From an uncultured virus (IMG/VR IMGVR_UViG_3300026522_000029) (taxonomy: Duplodnaviria > Heunggongvirae > Uroviricota > Caudoviricetes), in IMG/VR virus record IMGVR_UViG_3300026522_000029: DNA of 20,000 bases; one strand, 5' to 3'. Below the pieces are notes generated by a model. The model did not search any database and was not told the origin of the DNA. It saw only the letters and a program-made list of their open reading frames with translations. The position numbers were made by a program, and so were the translations under genes. How positions within the stretch are numbered: the stretch's first letter is position 1; every line of letters starts with the position of its first letter. Positions 1 through 10,773 of the stretch are shown piece after piece.

Positions 1-3000
1 GTTCAACAGCTTCATCAAGTTTTGTATTAACAGTCACATCAATGACATGTTCTGCATTAATATAATTATCTAATTCATCTTCAAAATATTTAAGTGCTTC
101 ATCATTAATTTCAATGGTTACTCCATCATCAGATGTCATTGCATCTAAAATACTTTGAAGTTGTTGAGCTGATTCTTCTGCGTCTTCTCTTGTCTGGTCT
201 AATTTCGCTACGTCTATTGCATTTTCGATATTTCCCATCGCATCTGCATAATTGTAAACGGAATCAACACCATCGTTCATTGCTTCACGAACGGTCTTAA
301 CATCTTGAGCTAATTGAGGATATTTTTCAAGTAAAGCATCTAATTCAGTATTTAATGCTGTTTGATCATCTTCTCCAAGGACATTTCCTTTAGAAATAGA
401 CTCAAGAGCATCTTTCGCATCTTTCGCTCCTGCAACAATAGTAGAAAGAGCGTCCGCTTGATTTTGCATCTTATCAGTAGTTTCGTCAGTATCTTCACCA
501 ACTTTAACTAAAGATAAATCTAGATCTCCTAATCCAGATGTCAGAGTTTCTATTGAAATCCCCGTGCTGTCAGAAATAGCTTTTAAATTATTGAAGGCGT
601 CAGCCCCAATTTTATCTTTCAAACTGTTTTCATCTAGTTCTTTTCCATCTTCAGAAAGTTCTTTAACAGCCTTTTGGATTTCTTTAATTTTATCAATATC
701 TATTCCTGTACCTGACCAAGCATTAGCAATTTGATCTTCTAACTGTCCAGAATTTTTATAATACTGAGTAATTACATCTTTTAACTGTTTTATTAATTCT
801 TTATCTTGCGTCGCTAAAGCAGAAGGGAGGGCCTCTTGAGCTTGAGACATTTTATCAGATTCATCTTTTAATATCTCTTCATAGTTCTTTTCCCACTCAT
901 CTATATTAGCTTGAATTTCTTTTAGAACCTCTCCATTGTTCGCAGCTTTTACTGCTTGCACAAAGGCTTCTTCGGCTTTTTTATCAAATTGTCCAATTCC
1001 AATTAAATAATCAGCACCCGATTTGCTAATATCTTGGCCATTTGCCTGAGCACTCTTCTTAGCTAAATCAACATCTGTCCCATAGAAATTCTGATCATTA
1101 GAAGCCATATCAAAGGTGCCACTCTTAAAAGCCTGTCTAGTAGCCTTGTTTGTTGCTTCTGCATTTATTTTGTTTAGAGTCTCTTGGTTTTTAATCTCAG
1201 CTTCTAATTCAGCATTTTGAGCTTTTAGATTTACCAAATCTTGAGCATCTGTAATAGAAATTGTTCCTTTACTTTGGATTTCATTAATTTTATTTGTTGT
1301 TTCATCTAACTGTGTATTTAATGAATCCAAATTATCTAGTCCAGAAGAGTATTCGTCCGTACTTTCTTTTAAAGCCTCTCCCGCTTCTTTTGCAGATGTA
1401 TGTAAACTATCAATTCCTTTTACAACAAAAGGAATGGCTGCACTTATCGCCCCTAAAACAAGTCCAATGGGTCCCATCGCAGCTTGCAAAGACACAAAAC
1501 CGCTAATCAAAGTAGGAATCATCGCTGCAAGACCAGAAATTGCTCCAGTAGCATCAACTGTCCCATCACTTAATCCAGAGAAAATGTTCATCAATCCGGC
1601 TCCGCTAGAAGACAACTGTCCAATAGCTGCTGTTGCCTGAACAATATTTTGAATTAAAGATTGTTGCTCCGCTTCTTTCTGGATTCCTTCTTGAGCAGCA
1701 TTTACTTTTCCAAGTGCCGTATCTTGCTCATCGAGTTTCTTGTTGATATTATCAATATCAATATCTAATGCGGCGCCAGCTTGGTTTGCATATTTATAAG
1801 TAATGATAAGAGCATTTTGGATGTCTTGTAAATGGCTTTTAGTCACAGGTATCTGATTCCTATTAACATCATCCAAAGTTTGAACAGCTTGTTGAACTTC
1901 TGGCGGAAGAGAAGTATTTCCCTGAAGAGAAGATAAATCAATTCCCTGGATTGTTTCTTTAATAGCTTTCTTACTATCTCTTGATATTCCTCCAGATTTG
2001 AAAATCACAGAATTAGCAGCATCTTTGGCTTTTTCTATTTCTTTCGTAATATCTTTTATTTGAATTTGGAGATCAACAAGTTCTTCTGAGTTTCCTCTTA
2101 TATTACTGCCTGCGCCATTTAGCTATTTTGCATATTTTTCTGCTTTAGCAATAATATTTTCATAATCTTGTTGCTGCTGAACTAACAATCCTTCTTGTTT
2201 AAGAAGTTCATTATATTGATTTCGTTGCTCGTTCGTCAAAGCAGAAGCGTATTTTGCAATACCTTTATAAGATGCTTGCATTGCAGAAACAGCTGGATTA
2301 CTTGAAATTCCGTTCAAGCCAGCTATCTGATTTATCATTTGCTCACTCTGCTGAAGAATAGCTTTATTATTGAAAGCATTTTGAATATTAGTAACAATAC
2401 TATTAATCTATCCTGCAATTGTCTTATTAAAAACTAGACTAAGTGTTGAAGCAAAATTCGCTAATACAACGCCGCCACCACCAATAGCATCTGATAACTT
2501 GGTGAAAATATTTAATAAACTTGTTCCAAAATCAATTACATTTTTAAAACTGTCTGTATCTGCTAAAGACTGAATTAAACCTTCTTGTGCGGTCTTTAAT
2601 TGATTTGTATGAGCCGCTAATGATTCCATATAAATATCATTTTTCTCATTCAACTCATTATTCGCATCAAGAGAAGTATTTAGTTCCTTAGTATATGTAT
2701 CCCAGTTATCATACAACGCAATTAAGTTGTTCATTTGGCGCTGGCCCGCCATAGTCTGAGCAAGATAGACCTGCTGCTCTCTGCTCATGCTAGACCATTT
2801 CTGACCAATTTCGGTCATTACATCACCAGTATCACGAAGCTTATTATTTTGATCAAGAACATTGATACCGACTTCTGCCATTTTCTTAGTATAATTACCA
2901 AGTGAAATTTCGGCATCATCAGTTCCAGCTTTTATATCATTAATTCTTGAATAAATTGTTTTGAGAGCGTTACCAGTTGTTTCTGGGGCCTGTCGTGTTA

Positions 3001-3949
3001 CCTGTGTTATCGTAGCTATCTGTGCTGCCAACTGATCAATTGTAACACCCATATTATTAGCAATAGAAGCAGATTTAGACATTGCTGTTGCTAATTCTGA
3101 CATGTCAGAAGCAGAAGAATCTGCTACTGCTGCCAATTTAGATACTGCTTTTTCAGCATTTTCTGATGAAATTTGATAACCATTCCAAACGGCTGTTAAA
3201 TTATCTGCCATTTCAGAAGGATCTTGTCCAGTGATATTAGATGCCTTTAATGTTGCTTCTGTTCTAGCTGCACTATCTTGTGCTCTCATACCTTGCTGTA
3301 CAAAAGTTAAATACGCATTGGTATAATCCTTTGTTTGTCTACCTAGCGACGCTGCTGCTTCATTCGCAGATTGAGCAAAAGCATCCATTTTCTCTTGAGA
3401 ATCACCAGTGACAATTCTGATATCATTTAATGAACCATTTAACGCTTTTACGTAATTAAAAGCATTCTGGACCGCCCCAGAAAACTGATTAATAATACTA
3501 GATGAAATATTCCATTTAATAGTATTTGATAAGGTCTCGCCCATCTTATCCAAAATATTTTGGGCACTTTTTAAATTTAAATTTGCTCCATAGACCTGAG
3601 CGGCAACACTGGCAAAAGCCCTTTGTCCAACCGCACCAACTTGTGAAAAATCACTATAAATTTTTTCAATAGTCAGATCAGAATTGGACAATTCTTGATT
3701 AAATTTTGTAACATTTATTGAATCTAATTTTGGGTTAAAAGCCTTCATCAAGGCTCTTTCAACCTTATCAGCAGTTTCTTCTACTGCTGTTAACTTATCT
3801 CTTGCCTAATCAGCGGATTTTGCGTTGATAATACTTTTTGTACCAGCAGTATAAATAGCATTAAGAGCCTATTTAACTTGCTTTAAACCAGAAGTATCAA
3901 CATTAAAGCCCACTCCAAAGGTTATTTTTCCACCATTATTGTTAGCCAT
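1..3949 (-). CDS. Tail tape measure protein (3' end runs off the window; at least 1316 codons; 4 in-frame TAG)
   Basis: ATG at 3949 with AAGGAGG RBS at about 3961-3967. One frame joins ORFs 2408..3751 and 2123..2338 and the open region 1..2122 across TAGs at 3869-71, 3806-08, 2408-10 and 2123-25. TP901-type TMP core (LNDIRIVTG...SDMSELATAMSK...QVTRQAPETTGNALKTIYSR...AGQRQMNNLIAL) followed by Ala/Gln/Glu-rich helical sequence. Confidence 0.93.
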
Positions 3950-3999
3950 ATGAATGCTAACCTCCTTTTACTCTATTCTCTCCGCCTAAAAATACGCAT

Positions 4000-4039
4000 A
4001 AAAAAAATTCCATTCTACAGAATTCTGTAAAATGGAATT
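4000..4039 (-). terminator. Intrinsic terminator-like hairpin between chaperone and tape measure genes
   Basis: Inverted repeat AATTCCATTcTACAGAA/TTCTGTAaAATGGAATT (4006-4039). The single mismatch is a G-U pair on the minus strand, and a U-tract follows on that strand. Confidence 0.7.
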
Positions 4040-4054
4040 ATTTGATTATTTAGC

Positions 4055-4648
4055 TTAGTCCTTGGGGGCGTGATCTGAAATTGAGGCAATCTTGGCGGCG
4101 CCGCCATTATTTATACCTGTTGCCGTTGCAAGATTTGCAAGTCTTTCAACTTCTGGAAACTTATCTTTATTAGCATCAATGATATCCATTGTCTGTTGCA
4201 TCTTCGTCGGCAAGTCATTAATCAAAGTCTCCAAGAATCCACCTATACTTTGATTATGATTAATCATATTTTCTTTATTAGTTTTCAAATAATCAAGAAG
4301 AGTTTCATATTCATCCTCCTTCATATGACTAATAACTTCATTAATTAAACCACTACACTGAAGTTTATCATACAGCTCGGCTTCATCTTCCTTTTGCTTA
4401 TCTGTAAAATTAATATTAGTATATAAATAAATAATATTCAAATTGAAATGCATCTCAAGGGCAACTTCGTCAATAATTCCATCATGGGATGCTTTTTGCA
4501 GAGAAATTTGAATTAAATCTTCTTTATCTGCAATGGGAAGATATTTATATACTTCAATCGGAAATTTTTCTCCGTTATATTCAAAATCAAAATTATTTGT
4601 AGAATTATCTACTTTAAGCTTCATTTTTGCAAATGATACTATTGCCAT
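4055..4648 (-). CDS. Hypothetical protein, probable tail assembly chaperone (197 aa)
   Basis: Intact acidic ORF with AAGGAG RBS and TAA stop, directly upstream of the tape measure gene. Function inferred from position only. Confidence 0.6.
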   Translation of the reverse strand: MAIVSFAKMKLKVDNSTNNFDFEYNGEKFPIEVYKYLPIADKEDLIQISLQKASHDGIIDEVALEMHFNLNIIYLYTNINFTDKQKEDEAELYDKLQCSGLINEVISHMKEDEYETLLDYLKTNKENMINHNQSIGGFLETLINDLPTKMQQTMDIIDANKDKFPEVERLANLATATGINNGGAAKIASISDHAPKD

Positions 4649-4685
4649 TTTATTTTTCTCCTTTTATCTCCATTTTTCTATTTTT

Positions 4686-4714
4686 ATTTTAACAAAAATT
4701 TTCAATTATGTCAA
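4686..4714 (-). promoter_or_regulatory. Sigma-A/sigma-70-type promoter
   Basis: TTGACA (4714-4709), 17-nt spacer ending in TGT, then TAAAAT (4691-4686), upstream of the 4648 ATG. Confidence 0.75.
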
Positions 4715-5871
4715 ATCTTCACGCCTATTGTTTGTTTTATCTATTTGGGAACTTCATTAGTAGCAACTACTTCTACTTTATTCCTTAATCCTTTTCGGAT
4801 ATTTTGCTTTATTGGGTCTTTATATTGTTTCTATAAAGAAATTTGTTTTAATTCAGAAACAGTCTTTATTTTATTATTTAAAATTTGGTTTGCAAGAGTA
4901 ACCATCTGGGTATATCCAGGAAGAGAAGCATTTAATGATTTTACCGCATAATCGTATTCATTTGTAGTTATATCTGAAGCATATAGTCCAGATACATTAT
5001 CAACATTGACAACACCTTCTCGAATAAAATAGTCCATATTTCTATTATATACTCGCCCTAAAAAAAGAGTGTTTGGATTACTTCCTTCGCCACCAGTGTA
5101 GAAAAAATATGCATAGGCCTCTGCAATATCTCCGGCGGCGCCGCCAATAGTCAACTTATACCAAATATTTTCCGTATCTATTTTCCAAAAAACATGGGGC
5201 TTCCATTTTTTATAATCTGCATCTGTCTCTTTATATGCTTCATTAAGTCCTTTTAAAGATTGTGCCCCTATAATAGAGTCTTTCCTAATAGCTTCTGCTA
5301 AATCCGTTTTAACTTTATCAATACTAATTTTTAAACGCCCAACTAATCGTGGAATTTTAGCAGAACTCATATCTGTTGTTATTGAAATTCCTTTATCTCC
5401 TTGCAAAATTTTTTCCATTGGAATATTAAGTATTATTGGATTTCCATCTGCATCTAGGAAAACAATAGATATCTATGCTTTATGCCCTGTTATAATTTCA
5501 AGAATTCTCGCATTAAAAATCATTGAAGCTGCATAAAAATTATCTAATGTTTTATTAGCTAATCTCTATTGTTTGAATTTTTCTCTAGCTTCAATATATT
5601 GCTGCACTTCTACAGGATTTTCCACAGTACCTGGAGCAACCTTTAAACTATGTCGTTTGTTCCTTAGAGATAAAGCGGTTTGCTCTAATTGCATAATCTC
5701 TTCTCGGCTAGCTTTAATAACTTCTATAAAATCTAAAGCATATTTTTTCATTAAAAGAGAACCGTCATCACCAAGTTTTTTTAATTCCTCCGCGCTTTTA
5801 TCTCCAATAAGATTGGCTATTTGCTATATTGCCCCATCAGATACTTTTATATCCGGGCCAAAAGTTGCCAT
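4711..5871 (-). CDS. Hypothetical protein (386 aa, 5 in-frame TAG)
   Basis: ATG at 5871 with GGGAGG RBS. One frame through TAGs at 5824-26, 5566-68, 5473-75, 4831-33 and 4741-43, joining ORFs 5566..5751 and 4831..5418; ends TGA at 4711-13. Confidence 0.8.
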
Positions 5872-5987
5872 AATCTTCCTCCCTATACTTTTTTGAAAAA
5901 ATATTATATAATATAAATATAGAAAAAGTTCAAAGATATTCCTGTTGAGGAATTAAATCTTTACCTTAACAGAGAAAGCGTAATATT

Positions 5988-6326
5988 ATGACTAATCTGT
6001 TAAAGAACTTTTTCGAAACTAATGATATATGTGAAGCTGATGATATTATGTATTTAATTAAAATTAAAAATACTAGTATCACAGAATTTCATCTGAAAGA
6101 CGGACGTATTCTTACAAAATACATCTCACTAGGAGCATGTAATAAATAGCTACCGTCAGAAATTTTTATACCTATTAACAGAGGTATTATAATTAACAAG
6201 CATTATATTAAATGTATTAATAGATATATTTATCATATGCAAGATGGGACTATTTTTGAAGGTAAATTAAAAGCCACTAAATTACACAAAAAATTAAAAG
6301 ATGAATGCACTCATCATATATCATAA
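5988..6326 (+). CDS. Stand-alone LytTR-type DNA-binding domain protein (112 aa, 1 in-frame TAG); not in the ORF track
   Basis: MTNLLKNFFETNDICEADDIMYLIKIKNTSITEFHLKDGRILTKYISLGACNK*LPSEIFIPINRGIIINKHYIKCINRYIYHMQDGTIFEG... matches the LytTR pattern (DIxY...H..DG...SL....LP...F....R..IIN...I..I.....M.DG). TAG at 6147-49, TAA at 6324-26, then a terminator. Confidence 0.75.
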
Positions 6327-6331
6327 TAACA

Positions 6332-6368
6332 AAAAATAGGGGAAGTTTATTAGACTTCCCCTATTTTT
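6332..6368. terminator. Bidirectional intrinsic terminator
   Basis: AAAAATAGGGGAAGT-ttattag-ACTTCCCCTATTTTT lies between the convergent LytTR (+) and major tail (-) genes. Confidence 0.9.
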
Positions 6369-6382
6369 ATTTTAAATTACTA

Positions 6383-8557
6383 TTATACTCTTGCACCTGT
6401 GTTATCATTTTTTGAGCTGCTATCCTTACTCATATCGAGAATAGAACTTGCTGATTTACTATCTTCAGTAGAACCATGCTCAATCTCACTAGTATGAGGC
6501 ATTACTGGTCTACCCCTCTTAGCTCCTGCAATTGTATTATCAATAATCTGAACAACACAAAGAACTTTCTTAGTCTTATCAAAATATGTATATCCAGGGA
6601 ATGCGTCAAGAGTAAAATCAAATGTCAAATATATTCAATATAGATCGCTACTCTATATCCGTTCTCTTATGAACTGCTCTATGTTTCCATAGACGTTTAG
6701 ACTATATCTTCTCCCTCAACTTCACTTGTTAGGGAGTTTCCCATTTCCACTCGCTTGAGTGTACTGGCTCACGCCATAGTCGTTGAACTTGCAACTTATT
6801 TCCAGCTTTTACCTTTTAATATATAAGATATATTAGATTTTGTACATCCTACGATATCTCCTATTTCCTGTTGAGTTAAACCTTTTTTTCTTAACTCAAA
6901 AACCTTTTTAACGTCTTTTTCGGTCAATTTATGAAAATTACTATTTTCACCTCTTCTAGCATGGCTTAAACCCGTCTTAAAAGCATGAATCTGATTTTCA
7001 CTTGCTGTACACCATTCAAGATTTTCTAACTTATTATTTCTTTTGTTCCCATCTTTATGATTTACTTGCAAATTTTCCATGCCTTCTACTGGATTAAAAG
7101 CCATCAATACAAGTCGATGTACTCTAAAGGTTTTCTTTTTCCCATCTACTGTAGAGAAATTAATTATTTGATAATCTGTACCAGCTCTGTCTCTGGTTTT
7201 CATTTTTCCTGAATTATCACTAAAAAATTCTCCATCAGAAGTAACAGTATAATAATCTTTTAATTCTGGTAAAAAATCATGTAATCTCTTTTCCACTTTC
7301 GTGTCTCCTTTACATATTTTTAAATAAGTTGTTTAGCTGCGGGTTGTCTCATCTTTAACGTTTTTACTATACCTTAGTCATTACCCTCGCCATATCTTAT
7401 GTCGCCATAGATACTTAGTAGTTAAAGCTCTTAAAGATTTTTCCGCAATTAAGGAACTAGATCTTTTCAGCACTCTCATGCCGCCAAGCGCATTAATATT
7501 AGTTCACTTGGATCTCCAGTACTAGCCATCGTAATAGTAAAGTTAGACTGAAGTTTAGCATTTGGAATTGTCAGCGCGCCCTGCATATCTTTACCAGTAG
7601 CCTGATCTCTTACAAGAACATCAGCTTCAACATAGTAATAACCTGCAAATGTATCTGGTCTGATATCAGCTTCCCATACGTTTGCTGTTGGAAGATCAAT
7701 GTAATAATCAAGCATTACTGTCTGAGCTTTAGTAATCCCAGTTGCAGTAAGTGTCGTCTTAGGACTATTATTTTCATCTTTTGCAGCTGTCTCTTCAACG
7801 GTAACATCTGTTGCAAGAATCTCTCCAGTTACAGACTGTCCGTCATAATCAAGACTGTCATTATCAAGAGCAAGTACATAGATTGGTGCATCATCTACAC
7901 AAACCTTAGCAATAAATTTATTATCACTACCAATACCGTACTCAGCAATAGCATCAGAAATATCAATTTTACCACTTGCATCAACAGATACGATTCCATT
8001 CTGATGAACATGAACTTTTTCAATTCCATTACCATAACCAGTACTATGGAAAAGATCTGCACCAGAAAGAATGCTCAGTCCAACAGGAGAAAGCAGGGCA
8101 TCTGTAAATTTCAGAGTTAATGTTTTGTCTCCTTCCCACGCAATAAGTCTTGTATTTCCTCTACCACCAGTTGCATATACGGTAGTAGCTGCTTGTTCAA
8201 GGGAAGAAGTAGTTGCTGTGTCAATATAAAGAACTGGTTGACCAGGATGAAAAGTCTGGCTACCAATTACAACTTCTTGTTTTGAACGCAAAGTTAAGTT
8301 TGCGACTTCTCTTCATAAGTATATAAACCTATGGACTATCTCTTACAAAAGTTCTAAGACTTTTGTACACCTTTTTCGATCCACTTACCAATAGTGAACC
8401 TACCTGAGCTATCAGGCTCATTAGTCTCTACATCGCTCTATAATAGTATGACACGGGGTTCTCCATGTAGGCATTTCCCGTTAGCTACTTTATAAAAGTA
8501 ACCCCTATGGTGTTAGGCTAAGGTGTATAAGCACAAGATATTCATGCCAAATCTCAT
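6383..8557 (-). CDS. Major tail (tube) protein, spliced: exons 8557-8544, 8313-7506, 6625-6383 (354 aa)
   Basis: GGAGG RBS, ATG at 8557. Removing two group I introns gives an uninterrupted frame MRFGI/REVANLTLRSKQ...GGRGNTRLIAWEGDK...NFTITMASTGDPS/TFDFTLDAFPG. The GDPSTFDFT and GGRGN motifs and the position upstream of chaperone and TMP fit a tail tube protein. Confidence 0.85.
6626..7505 (-). mobile_element. Group I intron (880 nt) carrying an HNH ORF, in the major tail gene
   Basis: 5' exon ends CCAAGU and pairs with intron GCUUGG (P1 with U-G at the splice site). P AAUUGCGGAA 7450-7441, Q AACCCGCAGC 7345-7336, R GUUCAACGACUA 6788-6777, S AAGAUAUAGUCU 6710-6699, terminal G at 6626. A 10-bp stem (7331-7322 with 6801-6792) closes the ORF in the P6 region. 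Confidence 0.93.
6796..7296 (-). CDS. Intron-encoded HNH homing endonuclease with C-terminal HTH (166 aa)
   Basis: VHRLVLMAF...VNHKDGNKRNNKLENLEWCTASEN HNH motif; C-terminal GLTQQEIGDIVGCTKSNIS helix-turn-helix; GTG start with AAGGAG RBS; TAA stop; no TAG. Confidence 0.92.
   Translation of the reverse strand: MEKRLHDFLPELKDYYTVTSDGEFFSDNSGKMKTRDRAGTDYQIINFSTVDGKKKTFRVHRLVLMAFNPVEGMENLQVNHKDGNKRNNKLENLEWCTASENQIHAFKTGLSHARRGENSNFHKLTEKDVKKVFELRKKGLTQQEIGDIVGCTKSNISYILKGKSWK
8314..8543 (-). ncRNA. ORF-less group I intron (230 nt) inside codon 5 of the major tail gene
   Basis: P1 exon GGCAU with intron GUGCU; P10 UCUU with 3' exon AAGA; P3 UACACCUU (8527-8520) with AAGGUGUA (8373-8366); R GUAGAGACUA 8431-8422; S AAGAGAUAGUCC 8344-8333; P8 ACAAAAGU/ACUUUUGU; terminal G at 8314. 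Splicing restores the frame. Confidence 0.9.
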
Positions 8558-8561
8558 AAAT

Positions 8562-9377
8562 TTATTCCTCCGATAAAAATCTATCAAATTTTTCTTTTTT
8601 CCTTAAAAGAAAAAACTAAGGATCATTTTTATACATATATTGTGCAAGCTTTAAAGAGTCTTTTTTACCAAAAGTCAAATGATAGCAAGTCTTTGCTTTA
8701 TTACAAAAACTGATAGAACCGCCTTCTATATCGGATTTCTCTCTTAAAACTCTCAAAAGCTCTTCAAGAAAAATGCGACTACCACTTGAAAAATTAGAAT
8801 TTATTCTATTATCTTTCACAAACCAGACGCTGCCGTCCCCATCAAAGTATCCTCTAACAAAATCAGCAATAAATTCATCTGGAATCTCTTTAGGAAAAAC
8901 AGCCGTTAAACTTTTACGTTCGGCGCCGCCCAGTTTTCTTATATCATTATAAATAGTAACGCAACTAAAATTGATTCTTGAAGATTGAGTATCCACCGCG
9001 TCTTGCAGATTTCCCTCATACTCCATGTCTTTTGCAATTTGTTTTAAAATGTACTTATCTTTTCTATGCTGAGTTATATCAAACATTTGTCCTCGATAAA
9101 TACAACCATCTGCCCACCATAGACCTAATGTATAAGCCATATTATGTGACCAGTGTTTAAAATAATCTTCATTTATATGATATTTTCTCGCATTTTTCGA
9201 TTGAATTTTTGACTTCTCTTCTTTTGAAAGATGTGCTATTCGACAATCATTGTGATAACAAAAATCATATATCATCTTTCTTGGATATTGAAAACCAAAA
9301 AATTCTTCCCATTCTGGCAAGGTTTTACTATCGCTCTGGGCGAGTAGAATCTCCTTATGCTCCTTTAATATTGGCAT
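8562..9377 (-). CDS. Free-standing two-motif LAGLIDADG homing endonuclease (271 aa, 1 in-frame TAG)
   Basis: Motifs AYTLGLWWADGCI and FVRGYFDGDGSV. Reading TAG 8616-18 adds FFLLRKKEKFDRFLSEE, the usual LxRK tail, to TAA at 8562-64. It starts 20 nt after the upstream gene's TAA, so it is not in an intron or intein. Confidence 0.9.
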
Positions 9378-9397
9378 ATTAAATTCCTTTCAATTTC

Positions 9398-10159
9398 TTA
9401 ATGATTGAGAGAATTCAAATCTCCCATCCAATTGTCTACTTCATCTAAATCCTTAGCCCCCGCCAATTTTTCCTGAACATAAATATCAAAATTTTGTTTC
9501 ATAATAAATCGACGAAACTAATTCATTATCTGATAAACGCTATAATCTAAAAGTGTATTTATATCCTTTTTCTATCCTACTGCTAAAATTGAAATGTAAC
9601 GAGAAAAAATTGAAGACGTTTGTCCATCTTCTCTATTTTTCATCTTTGCTAATTTTTCATGATATTTCCGAAACTTCTCTGCTAATTTTCCTTCCACTTC
9701 TGTAGCAGGATTATATCCAGTTTGTTCATTAAAGATATCTTTTAAACAAAACATCTCTTTTACAATTTCTCTGAACTTATCAAAATTAGCTGCATTAATT
9801 TGTAATACCCTTGGTTTATCCCCACTAGTATCTATAAAACCAATACTTCCAGGCAAAAAATTGACCTTATAATTTGGAAACATCAGAAGCAATAGCATCT
9901 ATGCACAAGCTCTACTTCTTTGAGAAGCAGGATTTTTATCTTGTACGATTGACATAAATACATCAAAATTTGTTATTTTAGATAAATCAATATCGTCCTC
10001 AATCTTATCTTTAGATACAGTTAAAGTTTGACAACCTAAGAAAAAATTTTCCTAGCCAATCAAACCAATTTGTTTTAACGTTGGTTGATGAATATTTAAT
10101 TGAGCTTCTGGAAAAGGAATATCATTTTTAGAAAAGATAGAAAACTCATCACTGCCCAT
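9398..10159 (-). CDS. Hypothetical neck/tail-region protein (253 aa, 4 in-frame TAG)
   Basis: MGSDEFSIFSKNDIPFPEAQLNIHQPTLKQIGLIG*ENFFLG...EVDNWMGDLNSLNH. TAGs at 10052-54, 9899-9901, 9572-74 and 9518-20; start overlaps the end of the upstream gene; TAA at 9398-9400. Confidence 0.8.
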
Positions 10160-10769
10160 CTGTTAAATCTTCAGTAAAATGAAGCCCTCTATAAGATATA
10201 GTATACATAGAAATATCTTCATTTAAAACACTTAAATTACATCCTAAAAAAATATATTTCCCAAAACCAGATAGCTTTATATTATTCCCTATTGAATAAC
10301 CTATATTTTTATTTTTATCAGAAAGAGAATTTAAAATTCCATCAATATAACCGCAAATTTCCAGAGGACGAGTTTTATAATCATCAAGACACCAAGCATC
10401 CATATAGCAAATTACATCAAAATTAATTGTACAGTTTCTAAACTCTGGATTTTTACTTGGTTCAAAATTATCAAAAGAAACTAGGATATAAGATTTAATT
10501 TCTTCATGTTCTCCCCTTGGAATTTTTGGATTAAGCCTTATATATCCCTAGTTAATTAATCTGCCAACAGAGTAACTATCTATTTCATCTTGGTACTCTT
10601 GATTGCTCATATCTAAACAATCTGACTTATTAATTATTAATAGTCTTTTTAAAACATCGCTATAAGGATGAGAAGTTACAAAAAGAGTCTCAAGAATTTT
10701 TTGAATATCAAGACTACAAGATAAAAAAGATGAACGGAGAGGCTGCGTTTTGACTAAATCTTTTCTCAT
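10149..10769 (-). CDS. Hypothetical protein, possibly tail terminator/completion (206 aa, 1 in-frame TAG)
   Basis: ORFs 10548..10769 and 10149..10403 are in one frame, separated only by TAG 10548-50; ends TGA. Function from position only. Confidence 0.75.
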
Positions 10770-10773
10770 TCTA

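Noticed and set aside
3950..4648. Lambda G/GT-type programmed frameshift in the tail chaperone
   Set aside because: No convincing slippery site or second ORF; a terminator hairpin follows the stop directly.
6383..8291. ORFs 7476..8291 and 6383..6628 as two separate genes
   Set aside because: Their TTG starts lack RBSs and the ELILMRLAA tail is intron P1 sequence; they are exons of one spliced gene.
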